From: Clostridia bacterium
GTDB lineage: Bacteria > Bacillota > Clostridia > Oscillospirales > CAG-272
Direction: 5' to 3'
Assembly (NCBI GenBank): GCA_017472695.1
Contig: JAFUOQ010000013.1
Location: 147,945-211,944 of the forward strand
Length of the DNA stretch: 64,000 nucleotides
Below are positions 1 to 9,925 of this stretch, piece by piece (the stretch's first letter is position 1; the number at the start of each line of letters is the position of its first letter). Below the pieces are notes generated by a model that was not told where the DNA came from, did no database searches, and saw nothing but the letters and a program-made list of their open reading frames with translations. The position numbers and the translations under genes were made by a program.

Positions 1-336
1 CCTTGAGGCATAGGTAGCTAGCTTGATATTTTTGTCAATTTTATATGTATTTATTGCCTTTATTAATCCAATTGTTCCTATTGATGTTAAATCCTCAAGC
101 CCAACTCCGGTATTTTCAAATTTCTTCGCTATGTATACAACTAATCGCAAATTATGCTCTATTAAAATTCTAGATGCATCTGGATTTTTTCCAAGCTGTT
201 CAATCATTTCAGCTTCTGTTTCTGGATCTAATGGTGGACACAAAAGCTCCGGTCCATTGATATAATATACCTCATTGCCCTTTATAGCCTTATAGTATAT
301 TCTTAATACTAAATTTTTTAACCCCTGTAAAATCAT
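1..336 (-). CDS. sigE: Sporulation sigma factor SigE (pro-sigma-E), N-terminal part; the gene runs off the left edge
   Basis: My reverse-complement translation from the ATG at 336-334 reads [106 protein letters not shown]. This gives a pro-sequence followed by sigma-70 region 2. A GGAGG RBS lies at 341-345 (rc). The gene sits directly downstream of spoIIGA. It is absent from the ORF track because no stop codon falls inside the window. Confidence 0.85.
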   Translation of the reverse strand, partial: MILQGLKNLVLRIYYKAIKGNEVYYINGPELLCPPLDPETEAEMIEQLGKNPDASRILIEHNLRLVVYIAKKFENTGVGLEDLTSIGTIGLIKAINTYKIDKNIKLATYASR

Positions 337-359
337 ATCTCCTCCGTTAATTTATTTAT

Positions 360-1172
360 CTATAAAAGCTTTGAAGGAACTAATGCCTCATATCCTGCAA
401 AGTCCTTCTTTTCGATTGGCGCAATAACTGCATCAACTATATTGTCGCCTATTTTCACCATCTCTGGTATTATGCCCTTTAAAATTCCACTGCTTGATAC
501 ATCACTATAAGGAATAAACCTTTTCCTTTTATCTTCTTTACTTGTTATTATCTTGCCTATTTTACTTTCACAGCTGACTAAAATTACTGGTTTTGATAAT
601 ATAGGATCGCATAACATATTTCCAGAGTCACAAAGAGCATTCATTTTAAAGTCAATTTCATCTAATCTTACTGTGATTTCAGTTGAGCTGACATCCTTTT
701 TTGAAGTGAAAATACGACTGAATATAATTGACACTATAGCGGTAATTGCTGCAATAATAAAGAATCTTGCACCATTGTAAGCAGTTGTTTGTGAATAATT
801 TGCTATAACCTCTGCTAATAGCTTGTTAAGAATGGAATACAACAAGCTCATTACTCCGCCTAATCCTGCGCTAACTCCCCAATACATCAGGTTTGTTATT
901 ATTATTCTCTTTGCGCTTTTTTCAAAAAAAGCAATAAGGCACATAAAAAATGCAACCAATACTGATAAAAGAATACTTAAAATTTGATTTATTGGTAGAA
1001 TAACCTCAAAAACACCAAATAAACCACCTAAAAGTGCTGCTATTACTATTCTTTTTCTTAATAGCTTTTTATGTAGAATAATTGAACAAATAAATAATGC
1101 CAAAAAGTCCATACTGAAGTTTATTGCAAACAGTACATCAGCATATAGTATCAACTCTTCACTCCCCTTCAT
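360..1172 (-). CDS. spoIIGA: Sigma-E processing peptidase SpoIIGA
   Basis: 270 aa with a polytopic membrane N-terminal half and a C-terminal aspartic-protease DSGN motif (ALCDSGNMLCDP). It lies immediately upstream of sigE, the canonical spoIIGA-sigE arrangement. Confidence 0.85.
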   Translation of the reverse strand: MKGSEELILYADVLFAINFSMDFLALFICSIILHKKLLRKRIVIAALLGGLFGVFEVILPINQILSILLSVLVAFFMCLIAFFEKSAKRIIITNLMYWGVSAGLGGVMSLLYSILNKLLAEVIANYSQTTAYNGARFFIIAAITAIVSIIFSRIFTSKKDVSSTEITVRLDEIDFKMNALCDSGNMLCDPILSKPVILVSCESKIGKIITSKEDKRKRFIPYSDVSSSGILKGIIPEMVKIGDNIVDAVIAPIEKKDFAGYEALVPSKLL

Positions 1173-1262
1173 AGTTGATTATATCCTTATATAACCAAAA
1201 AAAAAGTCACATTTTGTGAGCCTTCATTAGTTTTGATTAACAAAATTCAACATATTTTGTAC

Positions 1263-1291
1263 TTGAAATTGCTTTACTGTGATGTTATAAT
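1263..1291 (+). promoter_or_regulatory. Sigma-A type promoter upstream of the ABC exporter gene
   Basis: TTGAAA (1263-1268), a 17 nt spacer, then TATAAT (1286-1291), about 30 nt upstream of the AAGGAG RBS and ATG at 1323. Confidence 0.45.
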
Positions 1292-1322
1292 ATTTAGTGA
1301 AATAATTTATTAAGGAGAACTT

Positions 1323-3326
1323 ATGTACGGACCTCCACCACTCAAACCTCCAACAAGCGATATACCCAAGCCGAAATCATTCAAAGAGGTATTTCCTTAC
1401 ATTTGGAAGCTAGTAGCTTCTTTTTTTGCTCGATACATATTTATTTTTAAGCTCGTTTGGGAAGCCAGCCCGCTTATTTTAATAGTAATGTCAATTGTTA
1501 CTATCTTGACTGGTTTATTCCCTGTTCTTGGAGCTAAAATTGGAGCTGAATTGCTAACTGCCGTTGGCGATGCCTTGGCAAATAGAGAAAGCTTTAATCT
1601 TTCGGGTGAAACATTTGGAGATATAGTAAACAGCATTCCTTCATTGTTCGAGGAAATGAGCTTTTATTCAAATGACTTTTTCTTTGATTTTGTTCCATAT
1701 TCTATCGGTTGGCTTGTTGTTTTTGAGCTTTTATACCTAATTATTCAAAGTATTATTTCTAATGCTTATAATGCTTTTTTGAATATTTCCGGTGAAAAGG
1801 TTGCAAATCACATAAAAATCAAAATTATCACAAAAGCCAAGACTGTTGATATTTCACAATTTGATTTACCAGAGTTTTATGAAAAATTTGAAAACGCAAC
1901 ACGCGAGGCTTCTTTCAGACCTATTCAAATTTTAAGCTCAACATTCTCAATGATTAGTAACCTAATCAGTATGGTTTCGTTTATTATTGTTTTAATTACA
2001 CTAAATCCATTTGCGCCATTACTTATAATTCTAATTTCATTGCCTGCCGCGATTATCAAATTTGTTTATGGTAGAAAGAATTTCCTATATATGCGTCACC
2101 GCTCTAAAGACAGACGCCAAATGGAATACTTTTCTCAAATTATGACAAACAAGGATATTGTCAAGGAGGTTAGATTATTTAATCTCTCTGATACATTTAT
2201 TGGCAAATTTAAATCTGTTTTCAAAAAATATTATAAGGGCTTCAAATCACTTATTATTCGAGAGAACGTTTGGCATGTTATAATCGCTATTGCCACCGCG
2301 TTTGTAAACGCCGCTCTCTTCTTATATGTTGGTATGAAGGGCATTTTTGACCCTGATTTTAGAATTGGTGACTACTCGTATTATGTTAGCGCTCTAAATA
2401 CAATTATCACTTGCGTTGGTGCAGTTGTTTCTGCCTCTGCGACTGTATATCAAGGAACTCTATTTATTAATAATGTAATTGAATTTAACAAGCTAGAACC
2501 AAGAATCGTTCCAATTGTTACTCCACCCTTAAAGGTTCAAAGACATATCGCACACACGATTGAGTTTAAGGATGTTTCCTTCTCTTATCCCGGAACTGAC
2601 AAGCTGGTTCTTAAGAATGTATCATTCACACTAGAAAAAGGAACTACAACGGTTTTAGTCGGTCTTAATGGTGCTGGTAAAACAACTATAATTAAGCTAC
2701 TTACTCGTCTTTATGACCCGACCAGCGGTGTTATTCTACTTGATGGTGAGGATATACGAAAATACGATTTAACAGAGCTTTATCAAATGTACGGAACTAT
2801 TTTCCAAGATTTTGGCAAATATGCTGTTAGCGTCGAGGAAAATATATATTACGGAGATATTGAAAAGGGCTATAAAGAAAGTGATGTAATAAATGCAGCT
2901 CAACATAGTGGAGCTTCCGAGTACATCGACCGTTTACCTAATAAATATCAAACTCCGCTAATTAGATTTTTCGATGAAAACGCCACCGATCTCTCTATTG
3001 GTCAATGGCAAAAGCTTTCCGTAGCACGTGCCTTTTATTCCGACTCTGATATTTTAATACTTGACGAGCCGACAGCGTCGCTTGATGCAATGGCTGAACA
3101 ACAAATATTTAAGCAATTTGAGGAATTAACTCAAAACAAGACCTCTATATTTGTTTCTCACCGCCTATCAAGTGCAACTACTGCTGACAAAATCATCGTT
3201 TTGGAATACGGGCAGGTTATCGAGGAAGGCAACCACAAGAATTTAATGCAAGCACAAGGCAAATATTACGATTTATTTACTACTCAAGCAAAGCGATATA
3301 TAGAAAGCCAAGAAAATATGAACTAA
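1323..3326 (+). CDS. ABC transporter, fused permease/ATP-binding protein (exporter type)
   Basis: 667 aa. The N-terminal half is a membrane domain. Walker A GLNGAGKTT, ABC signature LSIGQWQKL, Walker B ILILDEPT and H-loop SHRL are present. Confidence 0.85.
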   Translation: MYGPPPLKPPTSDIPKPKSFKEVFPYIWKLVASFFARYIFIFKLVWEASPLILIVMSIVTILTGLFPVLGAKIGAELLTAVGDALANRESFNLSGETFGDIVNSIPSLFEEMSFYSNDFFFDFVPYSIGWLVVFELLYLIIQSIISNAYNAFLNISGEKVANHIKIKIITKAKTVDISQFDLPEFYEKFENATREASFRPIQILSSTFSMISNLISMVSFIIVLITLNPFAPLLIILISLPAAIIKFVYGRKNFLYMRHRSKDRRQMEYFSQIMTNKDIVKEVRLFNLSDTFIGKFKSVFKKYYKGFKSLIIRENVWHVIIAIATAFVNAALFLYVGMKGIFDPDFRIGDYSYYVSALNTIITCVGAVVSASATVYQGTLFINNVIEFNKLEPRIVPIVTPPLKVQRHIAHTIEFKDVSFSYPGTDKLVLKNVSFTLEKGTTTVLVGLNGAGKTTIIKLLTRLYDPTSGVILLDGEDIRKYDLTELYQMYGTIFQDFGKYAVSVEENIYYGDIEKGYKESDVINAAQHSGASEYIDRLPNKYQTPLIRFFDENATDLSIGQWQKLSVARAFYSDSDILILDEPTASLDAMAEQQIFKQFEELTQNKTSIFVSHRLSSATTADKIIVLEYGQVIEEGNHKNLMQAQGKYYDLFTTQAKRYIESQENMN

Positions 3327-3353
3327 ATAAGTAAAAGCCACTTGCTTTTTTTG

Positions 3354-3392
3354 ATATACACCCCAAAAGTTAGACACTTTTGGGGTGTATAT
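3354..3392. terminator. Bidirectional rho-independent terminator between convergent genes
   Basis: Perfect 17 bp stem: ATATACACCCCAAAAGT / loop TAGAC / ACTTTTGGGGTGTATAT. It is flanked by T-rich sequence (TTTTTTTG upstream, CATTTTGC downstream) rather than long uninterrupted runs. Confidence 0.6.
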
Positions 3393-3409
3393 CATTTTGC
3401 AGATGGCTT

Positions 3410-4105
3410 TTAAAATTCTAATAAATCTATTGTAAAATATCCTTTATATTTATCGACCTCAGCATATCGGTCCTCAAAATCAACCTCTGGACACACATAA
3501 TTTCCAATTTTGGGGTTAAAATAAAATGTATTATTTTCATTAATTATTATTTTTTCTCGATCGTTCGCCTGTGCTTTTTTATTCAGCAAATAAATAGCGT
3601 TGAGAAATTTTTCCTCTTGATTGTCCGTTATTCTAAAGTAGTTAATAGCATCATAAAGCTCAAATTTCTTTGGATAGTTGAACATAAAAAGACTAATTAT
3701 TTCTCTTTCTCTGGGGCTTAACCTTATTACCTTTCCACCTAGCGCAAATTGACCATCCTTCATACAGGCATAGCCGATTATATCAACTTTGTCAGTCCTT
3801 TGAAACGAACAGCTTTCCTCATATAGCTCCATTATATCTTTGGAAATGCTTTTAAGTGATGAAATGTTTATACTCCACTCTGGCAAATTAATGCTGTTGC
3901 GCTCACTAAAAATAACGCTAATTGTATCTTTGTTTTTTATCTTATCAATATAGTCACGCGCAGGATTAACATAAACTGTCATAAACGGCTTTGTTGAATA
4001 TTTCAAATCATCATATCCAATACATGAAACGAGGTAGCCCTTAACACGTAACCATATTGTTACATTTCTTCTTCTTTCCTCGTTATTATCAACAATTAAT
4101 ATCAT
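3410..4105 (-). CDS. Hypothetical protein; receiver-like N-terminus and possible winged-helix C-terminus
   Basis: 231 aa. It starts MILIVDNNEERRRNV, which resembles a response-regulator receiver start. The later LSPREREIISLF stretch resembles a DNA-binding helix. The assignment is weak. Confidence 0.35.
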   Translation of the reverse strand: MILIVDNNEERRRNVTIWLRVKGYLVSCIGYDDLKYSTKPFMTVYVNPARDYIDKIKNKDTISVIFSERNSINLPEWSINISSLKSISKDIMELYEESCSFQRTDKVDIIGYACMKDGQFALGGKVIRLSPREREIISLFMFNYPKKFELYDAINYFRITDNQEEKFLNAIYLLNKKAQANDREKIIINENNTFYFNPKIGNYVCPEVDFEDRYAEVDKYKGYFTIDLLEF

Positions 4106-4179
4106 TTTTTCTTCCTTTGGAATAATTTAGTTTTTGTAAAAATAGTATTTAGTAAGAATAAAGACTAAAGGAGTTTAAA

Positions 4180-4677
4180 ATGTTTATATATTCTTTGAAG
4201 GCATCTACTATCAAATTTTTTGGAATTATTGGTATAGCCCTTGTATCATTACTCGCACTTATTATCTTCATACCCTCCGGCTCAAAGGCGACAACGTCAG
4301 AAATTGCGGCTATGAATGAAAATATTTCATTTGACAACGTAAAATCCTCAAGTGATGCAAAAAAGTTTTTAGCACAATACGGCTGGGAGGTTGAAGATGA
4401 CGCAATTGAGGAATGTGAGATAACAATCCCAAGCGAATTTGACAAGGTGATGACACAATACAATGAAGTTCAAAAGCAACAAGGGCTTGACCTCACAAAA
4501 TATAAAAAGAAGACGGCTACTCGTTACACTTATATTGTAACTAACCATCCCGATTATGAAGGAACAGTTTATGCAAATGTAATAACCTATCGTGGCAAAG
4601 TAATAGGCGGAGATATATGTACCGCCGACGCAAAGGGCTTTTTGCATACCTTTTCGATGCCTGAAAGCTCCAATTAG
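4180..4677 (+). CDS. Membrane-anchored DUF4830-like protein
   Basis: 165 aa with an N-terminal TM helix. The FLAQYGWEVEDDAIEECEITIPSEFDKVMTQYNEVQKQQGLDLTKYKKK stretch matches my recollection of the DUF4830 family pattern. An AAGGAG RBS lies upstream. Confidence 0.5.
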   Translation: MFIYSLKASTIKFFGIIGIALVSLLALIIFIPSGSKATTSEIAAMNENISFDNVKSSSDAKKFLAQYGWEVEDDAIEECEITIPSEFDKVMTQYNEVQKQQGLDLTKYKKKTATRYTYIVTNHPDYEGTVYANVITYRGKVIGGDICTADAKGFLHTFSMPESSN

Positions 4678-4695
4678 TTATTTTATTATACCATA

Positions 4696-6729
4696 TTAGC
4701 AGAAAAAAGCAAGGGCAACCTTGCTTTTTTTACATTTAACGTCCTCGCCGAGATTTTCAAGAATACCCGAGTTATCGATTGCATCTAAAATAAACTCTCT
4801 AACCTTGCCCCTGCCGATATAGTTGTTGTGCTTTTTCTCGTAATACTCCCACGACTCATTTCTTTCCTCATCAGCCAATCGCTGTATTTCTTCATTGTCA
4901 AAATTCTCCTCGTCAAACTCAGTTGTGATTTTTTTATCGGAAAACTTGACTTTAAGTGCGTTTTGGAGTATAATAGTCATAGAGAGGTCGTCTTTCGCTT
5001 GAGCCCCAGTCGTAACCTGGCTAGCTTTTTCGGAAGCAAGTGCCTCTCTTTTTATTTCCATACTCACGACATTATGCAAATAAAGCCTTTGATGTTGAGA
5101 ATCCTTTTGTAGCATAACACCCATATAATAGTCTTGCTCTCCTATTTTTATAGGTGCACAAACAACAAACCTTCTCACACCCGCTTGTTTTTCTCTGTCA
5201 AAAATCACTTGACCTTTTTCTATAACGTCAGGTATTGCCTCAATGGTTGCAAGCTTTTCTGCTGTTGTCCCGTGTCTTATCTCGGAGTGAACACTTGAAT
5301 TTGATAAACTTATTTTCCCAAAACGATTTGAGCGAATTTCGTTTCCAATGCTTTCAAAAAATTCAGCATACAGTTCCTTTGGAGACTTTCCTGTTTTCTC
5401 GAGTTTTGTGGGGTCAACAGTTAAAATGTTATCCATTTTGGCAAGCGCCTCCATATTTTTAAGCATTTCTATGTTATCCTCTAAAACTCCGAGTTTCTTA
5501 TATGCTTCAATCTTTTCTTGGTATAGAAGCGCCTCCTCACTTTCCTCTCTTATCTGCTCGCTTACACGGTATCTTTGCGTATCTGGGTCATTTTCAATTA
5601 AATTATTAAAGCTTTCCTTACGATTACCCTCTGCAGCCTTCCTTTGTTGCATTTCTTCAAGCGCAGGATTAGGAATTGAAACATGTATACCACCATTCTC
5701 CGCCTCTTCAAAAACAATATCGTCATTTGAGGATTTAGATTTTGAGTAACGTACATTGTCAACCGATTTTGAAACAGATTTTCTCTCATCATCAATTTTT
5801 TCATCAAAAGTATTGATTTTTTCGTCGTTTTCGGATATACTATTGTCAGAAGATTTGTCGTTAATAGTTGCCAACCACTCATACAGTTGGGGATTAACTT
5901 GCGTCAAGTCTTCTTTTCTATATTCAACCAAAACGCCATGATTGCTTATGTTGTTCTTGATGTAGTTATCTTTAGCATTAAAAACAGATACGACAAGATT
6001 GTATTTTCGGTTTTTGGAATTTATATCCTTCACAGTATTTAACTCAACGGAAGCAATTCCGTTTTTATTTTTTTCTGATGTAAATTCTGCAAATATATTA
6101 ATTCGCCCATTATCCATTTTCAAAATTGCTAATGGGTCAGACAACTTACGAGGTAGTTCCTTCATAAATTCGCCCATATCATGGTAATGTCCCTCTAAAA
6201 CGCCCTCTTTTCGAGTAGCCAAATAGAAAGCATCAAAACGCATTATTACCTCGTGGTTTTGTGCTTCCATAACGTTTTCAAGAATAATGCCAGGAGTGCG
6301 TTTCATTATAGAAACGAAATTACCCTCTTGTTTGTTTTTCAGCGCTTCCTCATCGCTCATCTTAAGAACGTTATCAACGTTACTTTCAAGAGACTCGCTG
6401 TTCATTTTTGAAAAACGAATATTCTCAACCTCGCCCTGTTCTGCCTTCTCCTTGTCCTCAACACCAAGCAAGGAAATATCAACACCGCCCTGGCTCTTGT
6501 CTATGGCTTTTCCAAATTTATTTACAAGCTTATTTAAATATCTTGCACTCTCTCGGTCCACCGAGGGATTTTTTATGCCTTCCCCTCGAGGGGAAGGGGG
6601 ACCACTTGTGGTGGATGAGGTGTTTCTCACAAGCGCCTTCAACCCATTAAATATCTTTTTTGCAAGAGGTAGATTTCTCCCTGCAAGCTTCTCTATAAAG
6701 TAGTCATCTCCCAGGAGAACGCTATTCAA
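4696..6729 (-). CDS. Large hypothetical protein resembling a fragment of a phage/conjugative-element polyvalent protein
   Basis: 677 aa ORF with no recognisable enzymatic motif. Internal segments (HEVIMRFDAFYLATRKEGVLEGHYHDMGEFMKELPRKLSDPLAILK; ISLSNSSVHSEIRHGTTAEKLATIEAIPDVIEKGQVIF) resemble MuF-C-terminal and toxin-like modules of polyvalent proteins. This rests on recollection only. Confidence 0.4.
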   Translation of the reverse strand: MNSVLLGDDYFIEKLAGRNLPLAKKIFNGLKALVRNTSSTTSGPPSPRGEGIKNPSVDRESARYLNKLVNKFGKAIDKSQGGVDISLLGVEDKEKAEQGEVENIRFSKMNSESLESNVDNVLKMSDEEALKNKQEGNFVSIMKRTPGIILENVMEAQNHEVIMRFDAFYLATRKEGVLEGHYHDMGEFMKELPRKLSDPLAILKMDNGRINIFAEFTSEKNKNGIASVELNTVKDINSKNRKYNLVVSVFNAKDNYIKNNISNHGVLVEYRKEDLTQVNPQLYEWLATINDKSSDNSISENDEKINTFDEKIDDERKSVSKSVDNVRYSKSKSSNDDIVFEEAENGGIHVSIPNPALEEMQQRKAAEGNRKESFNNLIENDPDTQRYRVSEQIREESEEALLYQEKIEAYKKLGVLEDNIEMLKNMEALAKMDNILTVDPTKLEKTGKSPKELYAEFFESIGNEIRSNRFGKISLSNSSVHSEIRHGTTAEKLATIEAIPDVIEKGQVIFDREKQAGVRRFVVCAPIKIGEQDYYMGVMLQKDSQHQRLYLHNVVSMEIKREALASEKASQVTTGAQAKDDLSMTIILQNALKVKFSDKKITTEFDEENFDNEEIQRLADEERNESWEYYEKKHNNYIGRGKVREFILDAIDNSGILENLGEDVKCKKSKVALAFFC

Positions 6730-6821
6730 TTTTCATGTCTAATCTTTCAATAGTAAAAATTTGTTCTCTTTTTTGTAGTTCGCGAATATCATATATCAAA
6801 AGGACAAGTTAAGGAGTTAAA

Positions 6822-7739
6822 ATGAGGCTTGAAATAAAATACAAAGAGAAAACTGATGAGGCACTCGAATATTTAATCTCCCGTATACCAAGGGAGCTAG
6901 GGACAAGTATTATGTGCTTTTTAAATGAAAATAAATATTCTTTTATAAATGAAATAAGAATGAAGAAAAATTCTTTCATATATTTAATTGCAGATTCTAA
7001 AAATGTAAAAACAGATATATTTGTAAGTGAAGCTTGTATTGAAAGCACATTTGAAGCACTATGTGGTGGGTCAATTTATGCTCATTATGACACTATAAAA
7101 GAAGGATATATCAGTGTTGGACAAGGTATACGAGCTGGCGTTTGCGGAACAGCTGTTATGGACGGTACATTAATAAGTGGAATTAAAGATATATCCTCAA
7201 TTAATATAAGAATTCCTCAAAGAATATATGGTGCATCAAATTATATTTTCACGCTATTAGAAAAGAACAATTTTAAAAGCTCTTTGCTTCTATATTCTCC
7301 GCCAGGCGTTGGCAAAACCTCTATTTTAAGGGATTTAGTAATCAGACTAAACGAGCTAGCGACACCTATAAGGTTTTCAGTAATTGACTCCAGAGAGGAA
7401 ATTATAACCCCACACTCATTTTGCTCGAATTGTGATGCCTTTCTTTCTTATCCCAAGGGCACAGCTATTGAATTGGCAACAAAATCAATGACACCCGAGC
7501 TTATTATTTGTGACGAAATTTCGACAGAGGCAGAGGCTCAAGCGGTTTTTAAAGCATCTCATAATGGTGTTAAGCTTATAGCGACAACTCATTCAAGCTC
7601 ATATAATGAGCTAATCTCAAAGTCGATTTTAGAGCCATTACTTAGCAGTAATGTTTTTGATTTTGCTATTGGAGTAAGTCGCAAATATGGAGAAAAAAGC
7701 TACAAATTTACCTTGAACAAACTATTTAACGAGGCTTAA
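6822..7739 (+). CDS. spoIIIAA: Stage III sporulation protein AA (ATPase)
   Basis: 305 aa with Walker A SPPGVGKTS and Walker B-like LIICDEI. It is the first gene of an eight-gene, tightly packed operon. An AAGGAG RBS is present. Confidence 0.85.
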   Translation: MRLEIKYKEKTDEALEYLISRIPRELGTSIMCFLNENKYSFINEIRMKKNSFIYLIADSKNVKTDIFVSEACIESTFEALCGGSIYAHYDTIKEGYISVGQGIRAGVCGTAVMDGTLISGIKDISSINIRIPQRIYGASNYIFTLLEKNNFKSSLLLYSPPGVGKTSILRDLVIRLNELATPIRFSVIDSREEIITPHSFCSNCDAFLSYPKGTAIELATKSMTPELIICDEISTEAEAQAVFKASHNGVKLIATTHSSSYNELISKSILEPLLSSNVFDFAIGVSRKYGEKSYKFTLNKLFNEA

Positions 7740-8183
7740 ATGAAGATTGCAGGATGTATTTTAATCTTTATTTCAGCTATACTATGTAGCTATTACTACG
7801 AAAAAGGATTAAAGATAAAAATTTCAAAATGTGAAGAGCTTCTTTCTTTTATTAATTATATTAAATCACAAATTGACTACTTTTCTCTTCCAATCAGCAC
7901 CATTTATGAGAAGTATGACAAAAAGAGTGACTTCATAAATGAAATAATTTCTTCTGAAAACGGGATTAAAGCAATTGACAAAGAAAATGATCAACAAATC
8001 AATGAATTTTTTGGAAATATTGGCAAGGGCTTCAAAAAAGAGCAAATAAAGCTATGCGAATATAATATTGACCGCTTTTCTAATCTTCTCGAAAAATTAA
8101 AAAATGATTATCCAAACAAAGCTAAGGTCTTTCGCTCAATGTCATTATTCTTTGGTATTTGCGCAATTATTTTATTAGTTTAG
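7740..8183 (+). CDS. spoIIIAB: Stage III sporulation protein AB
   Basis: 147 aa with TM helices at both ends. Its start codon abuts the spoIIIAA stop. The call rests on operon position. Confidence 0.7.
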   Translation: MKIAGCILIFISAILCSYYYEKGLKIKISKCEELLSFINYIKSQIDYFSLPISTIYEKYDKKSDFINEIISSENGIKAIDKENDQQINEFFGNIGKGFKKEQIKLCEYNIDRFSNLLEKLKNDYPNKAKVFRSMSLFFGICAIILLV

Positions 8184-8207
8184 GATAGATAAAAATAAGG
8201 AGAAAAA

Positions 8208-8402
8208 ATGGATATTTCACTAATCCTTAAAATAACAGGCGTGGGACTTTTAGTTTCTGTTGCTTGTCAGGTGTTATCAAAAAGTGGCAGGGATGAACAA
8301 GCTACTATGCTATCAATTGCCGGAATTATCATTGTCATGTTGCTTATAGTATCAGAGCTCGACGGATTGTTTACTACTCTTGCAACGGTATTTAATTTTT
8401 AA
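8208..8402 (+). CDS. spoIIIAC: Stage III sporulation protein AC
   Basis: 64 aa two-TM protein (ILKITGVGLLVSVACQVLSKSGRDEQATMLSIAGIIIVM). Size and position are typical of SpoIIIAC. Confidence 0.75.
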   Translation: MDISLILKITGVGLLVSVACQVLSKSGRDEQATMLSIAGIIIVMLLIVSELDGLFTTLATVFNF

Positions 8403-8403
8403 T

Positions 8404-8787
8404 ATGAACGACATAAAAATGTGCGGTATTATACTTTGTGCCTTGGTTGTATGCATAGTATTTAAAAATTTGCACGCAGAATATTCATTGTTTATAAGGA
8501 TAGGTATAACATGCTTTACTACTATTGCTACACTAGCCATTTTCTACCCTGTCCTTTCCTTTATTGAAGAAATTTCAAGAAATACTGCTGTATATAATTA
8601 CATACCAACGCTTATAAAGGCATTGGGTATTGCATTTGCAGTACAGATTACTGCGGATGTTTGTAATGATGCACAAGAAGGCTCTTTGGCAAATAGGATA
8701 ATACTTTTTGGCAAGGCAGAAATTTTGGTTTTATCCCTTCCATTAATAAAAAACTTATTCTCGCTGTGCGAAAACCTAATAAAATAA
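8404..8787 (+). CDS. spoIIIAD: Stage III sporulation protein AD
   Basis: I prefer the in-frame ATG at 8404 (MNDIKMCGIIL..), directly after the spoIIIAC stop. The product is about 127 aa and polytopic, with ALGIAFAVQITADVC and GKAEILVLSLPL segments. Confidence 0.75.
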   Translation: MNDIKMCGIILCALVVCIVFKNLHAEYSLFIRIGITCFTTIATLAIFYPVLSFIEEISRNTAVYNYIPTLIKALGIAFAVQITADVCNDAQEGSLANRIILFGKAEILVLSLPLIKNLFSLCENLIK

Positions 8788-8788
8788 T

Positions 8789-9925
8789 ATGAAAAAAATT
8801 TGTATTTTTCTTTTTACAATTATTTTCCTCTTGTCATTTCCAATTTTAGCTTTTGCTAACGAGGTTGAAGACGAAATTACCTCCTCTATTGAAAATGAGC
8901 TTGAGGAATTTAAAAGCTCAATACCGAAGGAAATAATTGATTATTTACCTGAAGGAATTTTTGAAGGAGATTATTCCTTACTTTTAGATGAGGGTCTTGA
9001 TGAAAAAAGCTTATTAAGCTACATAATCGACTACTTTTTTGCAGGTCTGGGGACTGTAATAAAATCATTTTCTGGCATTTTAGTTCTAATTTTAATAAGC
9101 TCGATTTTTGAAATGCTTGGCTCTTCATTTTCAAATACTACGTTATCTAGCGCCTTTACTCTCGCCTCTGGACTGTGCGTGGCGCTTACTGTTTTTAATT
9201 TATGCTATTCTCTCGCTTCGACTGTGAGCACTTACATTCAAACAATTTGTAGTGTTATGACCTCGTTTGCTCCAATTATGACAACTCTACAAATTATGGG
9301 TGGCAAAATAACATCCGCCACCATCTCCAATGCTTCCATAGTTTTATTTATTTCGGTTGTCGATGGCTTTTTAGTGGTTTTTATGCTACCGCTTGTAAAT
9401 TTATGTCTTATGTTCAGCTGTATAAAGGCTCTTGGTGGTATTGAGTTTGGCGCAATTTCAAAGCTAGTACGCAATACATTTACATCTGTAACGGTCTTTG
9501 TTATGTCTGTTTTTATGTTTATTTTTTCATTTAAAAATGTGCTTTCACAGGGTGCTGATTCCCTATCAGTAAAAACTGCACGATTTGCAATTAGTAGCTT
9601 TGTACCAATTGTTGGCGCATCTATAAACGATGCTTTGCGTACGGTTTCCTCTTCCCTTTCTATAATTAAAAATTCTTGTGGTGTTGTAGCAATTATCTGC
9701 ATTGCTTTAATTATGCTACCTATTACTATTTATATTTTCTTAAATAAGGTGAGCTTTGGTTTGCTTGCTTCTATTTCTAAAACGCTTCATTGCGAAAAGC
9801 AAGCTGTAATTTTAGAAGAAGCAGATTCGTTGTGCTCATATATGCTTACCCTGGTTTGTACAACCTGTGTATTATTTATTTTTGCTATTACTATTTTTAT
9901 TAAAACCTCCCTGGAGGTCGTATGA
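8789..9925 (+). CDS. spoIIIAE: Stage III sporulation protein AE
   Basis: 378 aa with a signal peptide followed by a multi-TM body. Size and operon position are typical of SpoIIIAE. Confidence 0.8.
   Translation: MKKICIFLFTIIFLLSFPILAFANEVEDEITSSIENELEEFKSSIPKEIIDYLPEGIFEGDYSLLLDEGLDEKSLLSYIIDYFFAGLGTVIKSFSGILVLILISSIFEMLGSSFSNTTLSSAFTLASGLCVALTVFNLCYSLASTVSTYIQTICSVMTSFAPIMTTLQIMGGKITSATISNASIVLFISVVDGFLVVFMLPLVNLCLMFSCIKALGGIEFGAISKLVRNTFTSVTVFVMSVFMFIFSFKNVLSQGADSLSVKTARFAISSFVPIVGASINDALRTVSSSLSIIKNSCGVVAIICIALIMLPITIYIFLNKVSFGLLASISKTLHCEKQAVILEEADSLCSYMLTLVCTTCVLFIFAITIFIKTSLEVV

Noticed and set aside
23-265. 80-aa plus-strand ORF at the left edge
   Set aside because: It is antisense to a clear sigE reading frame that was missed by the ORF track because it has no stop in the window.
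4696-6729. Considered a prophage call on the basis of the polyvalent-protein-like ORF
   Set aside because: No capsid, terminase, tail, integrase or lysis genes lie nearby. The flanks are core sporulation and housekeeping genes.
6730-6821. Tried to identify a sigma-E type promoter for spoIIIA, and a sigma-F/G promoter upstream of sigG
   Set aside because: CATATATC near 6789-6797 loosely resembles a sigma-E -10 element, but I could not find a convincing -35 partner. The evidence is too weak to report.
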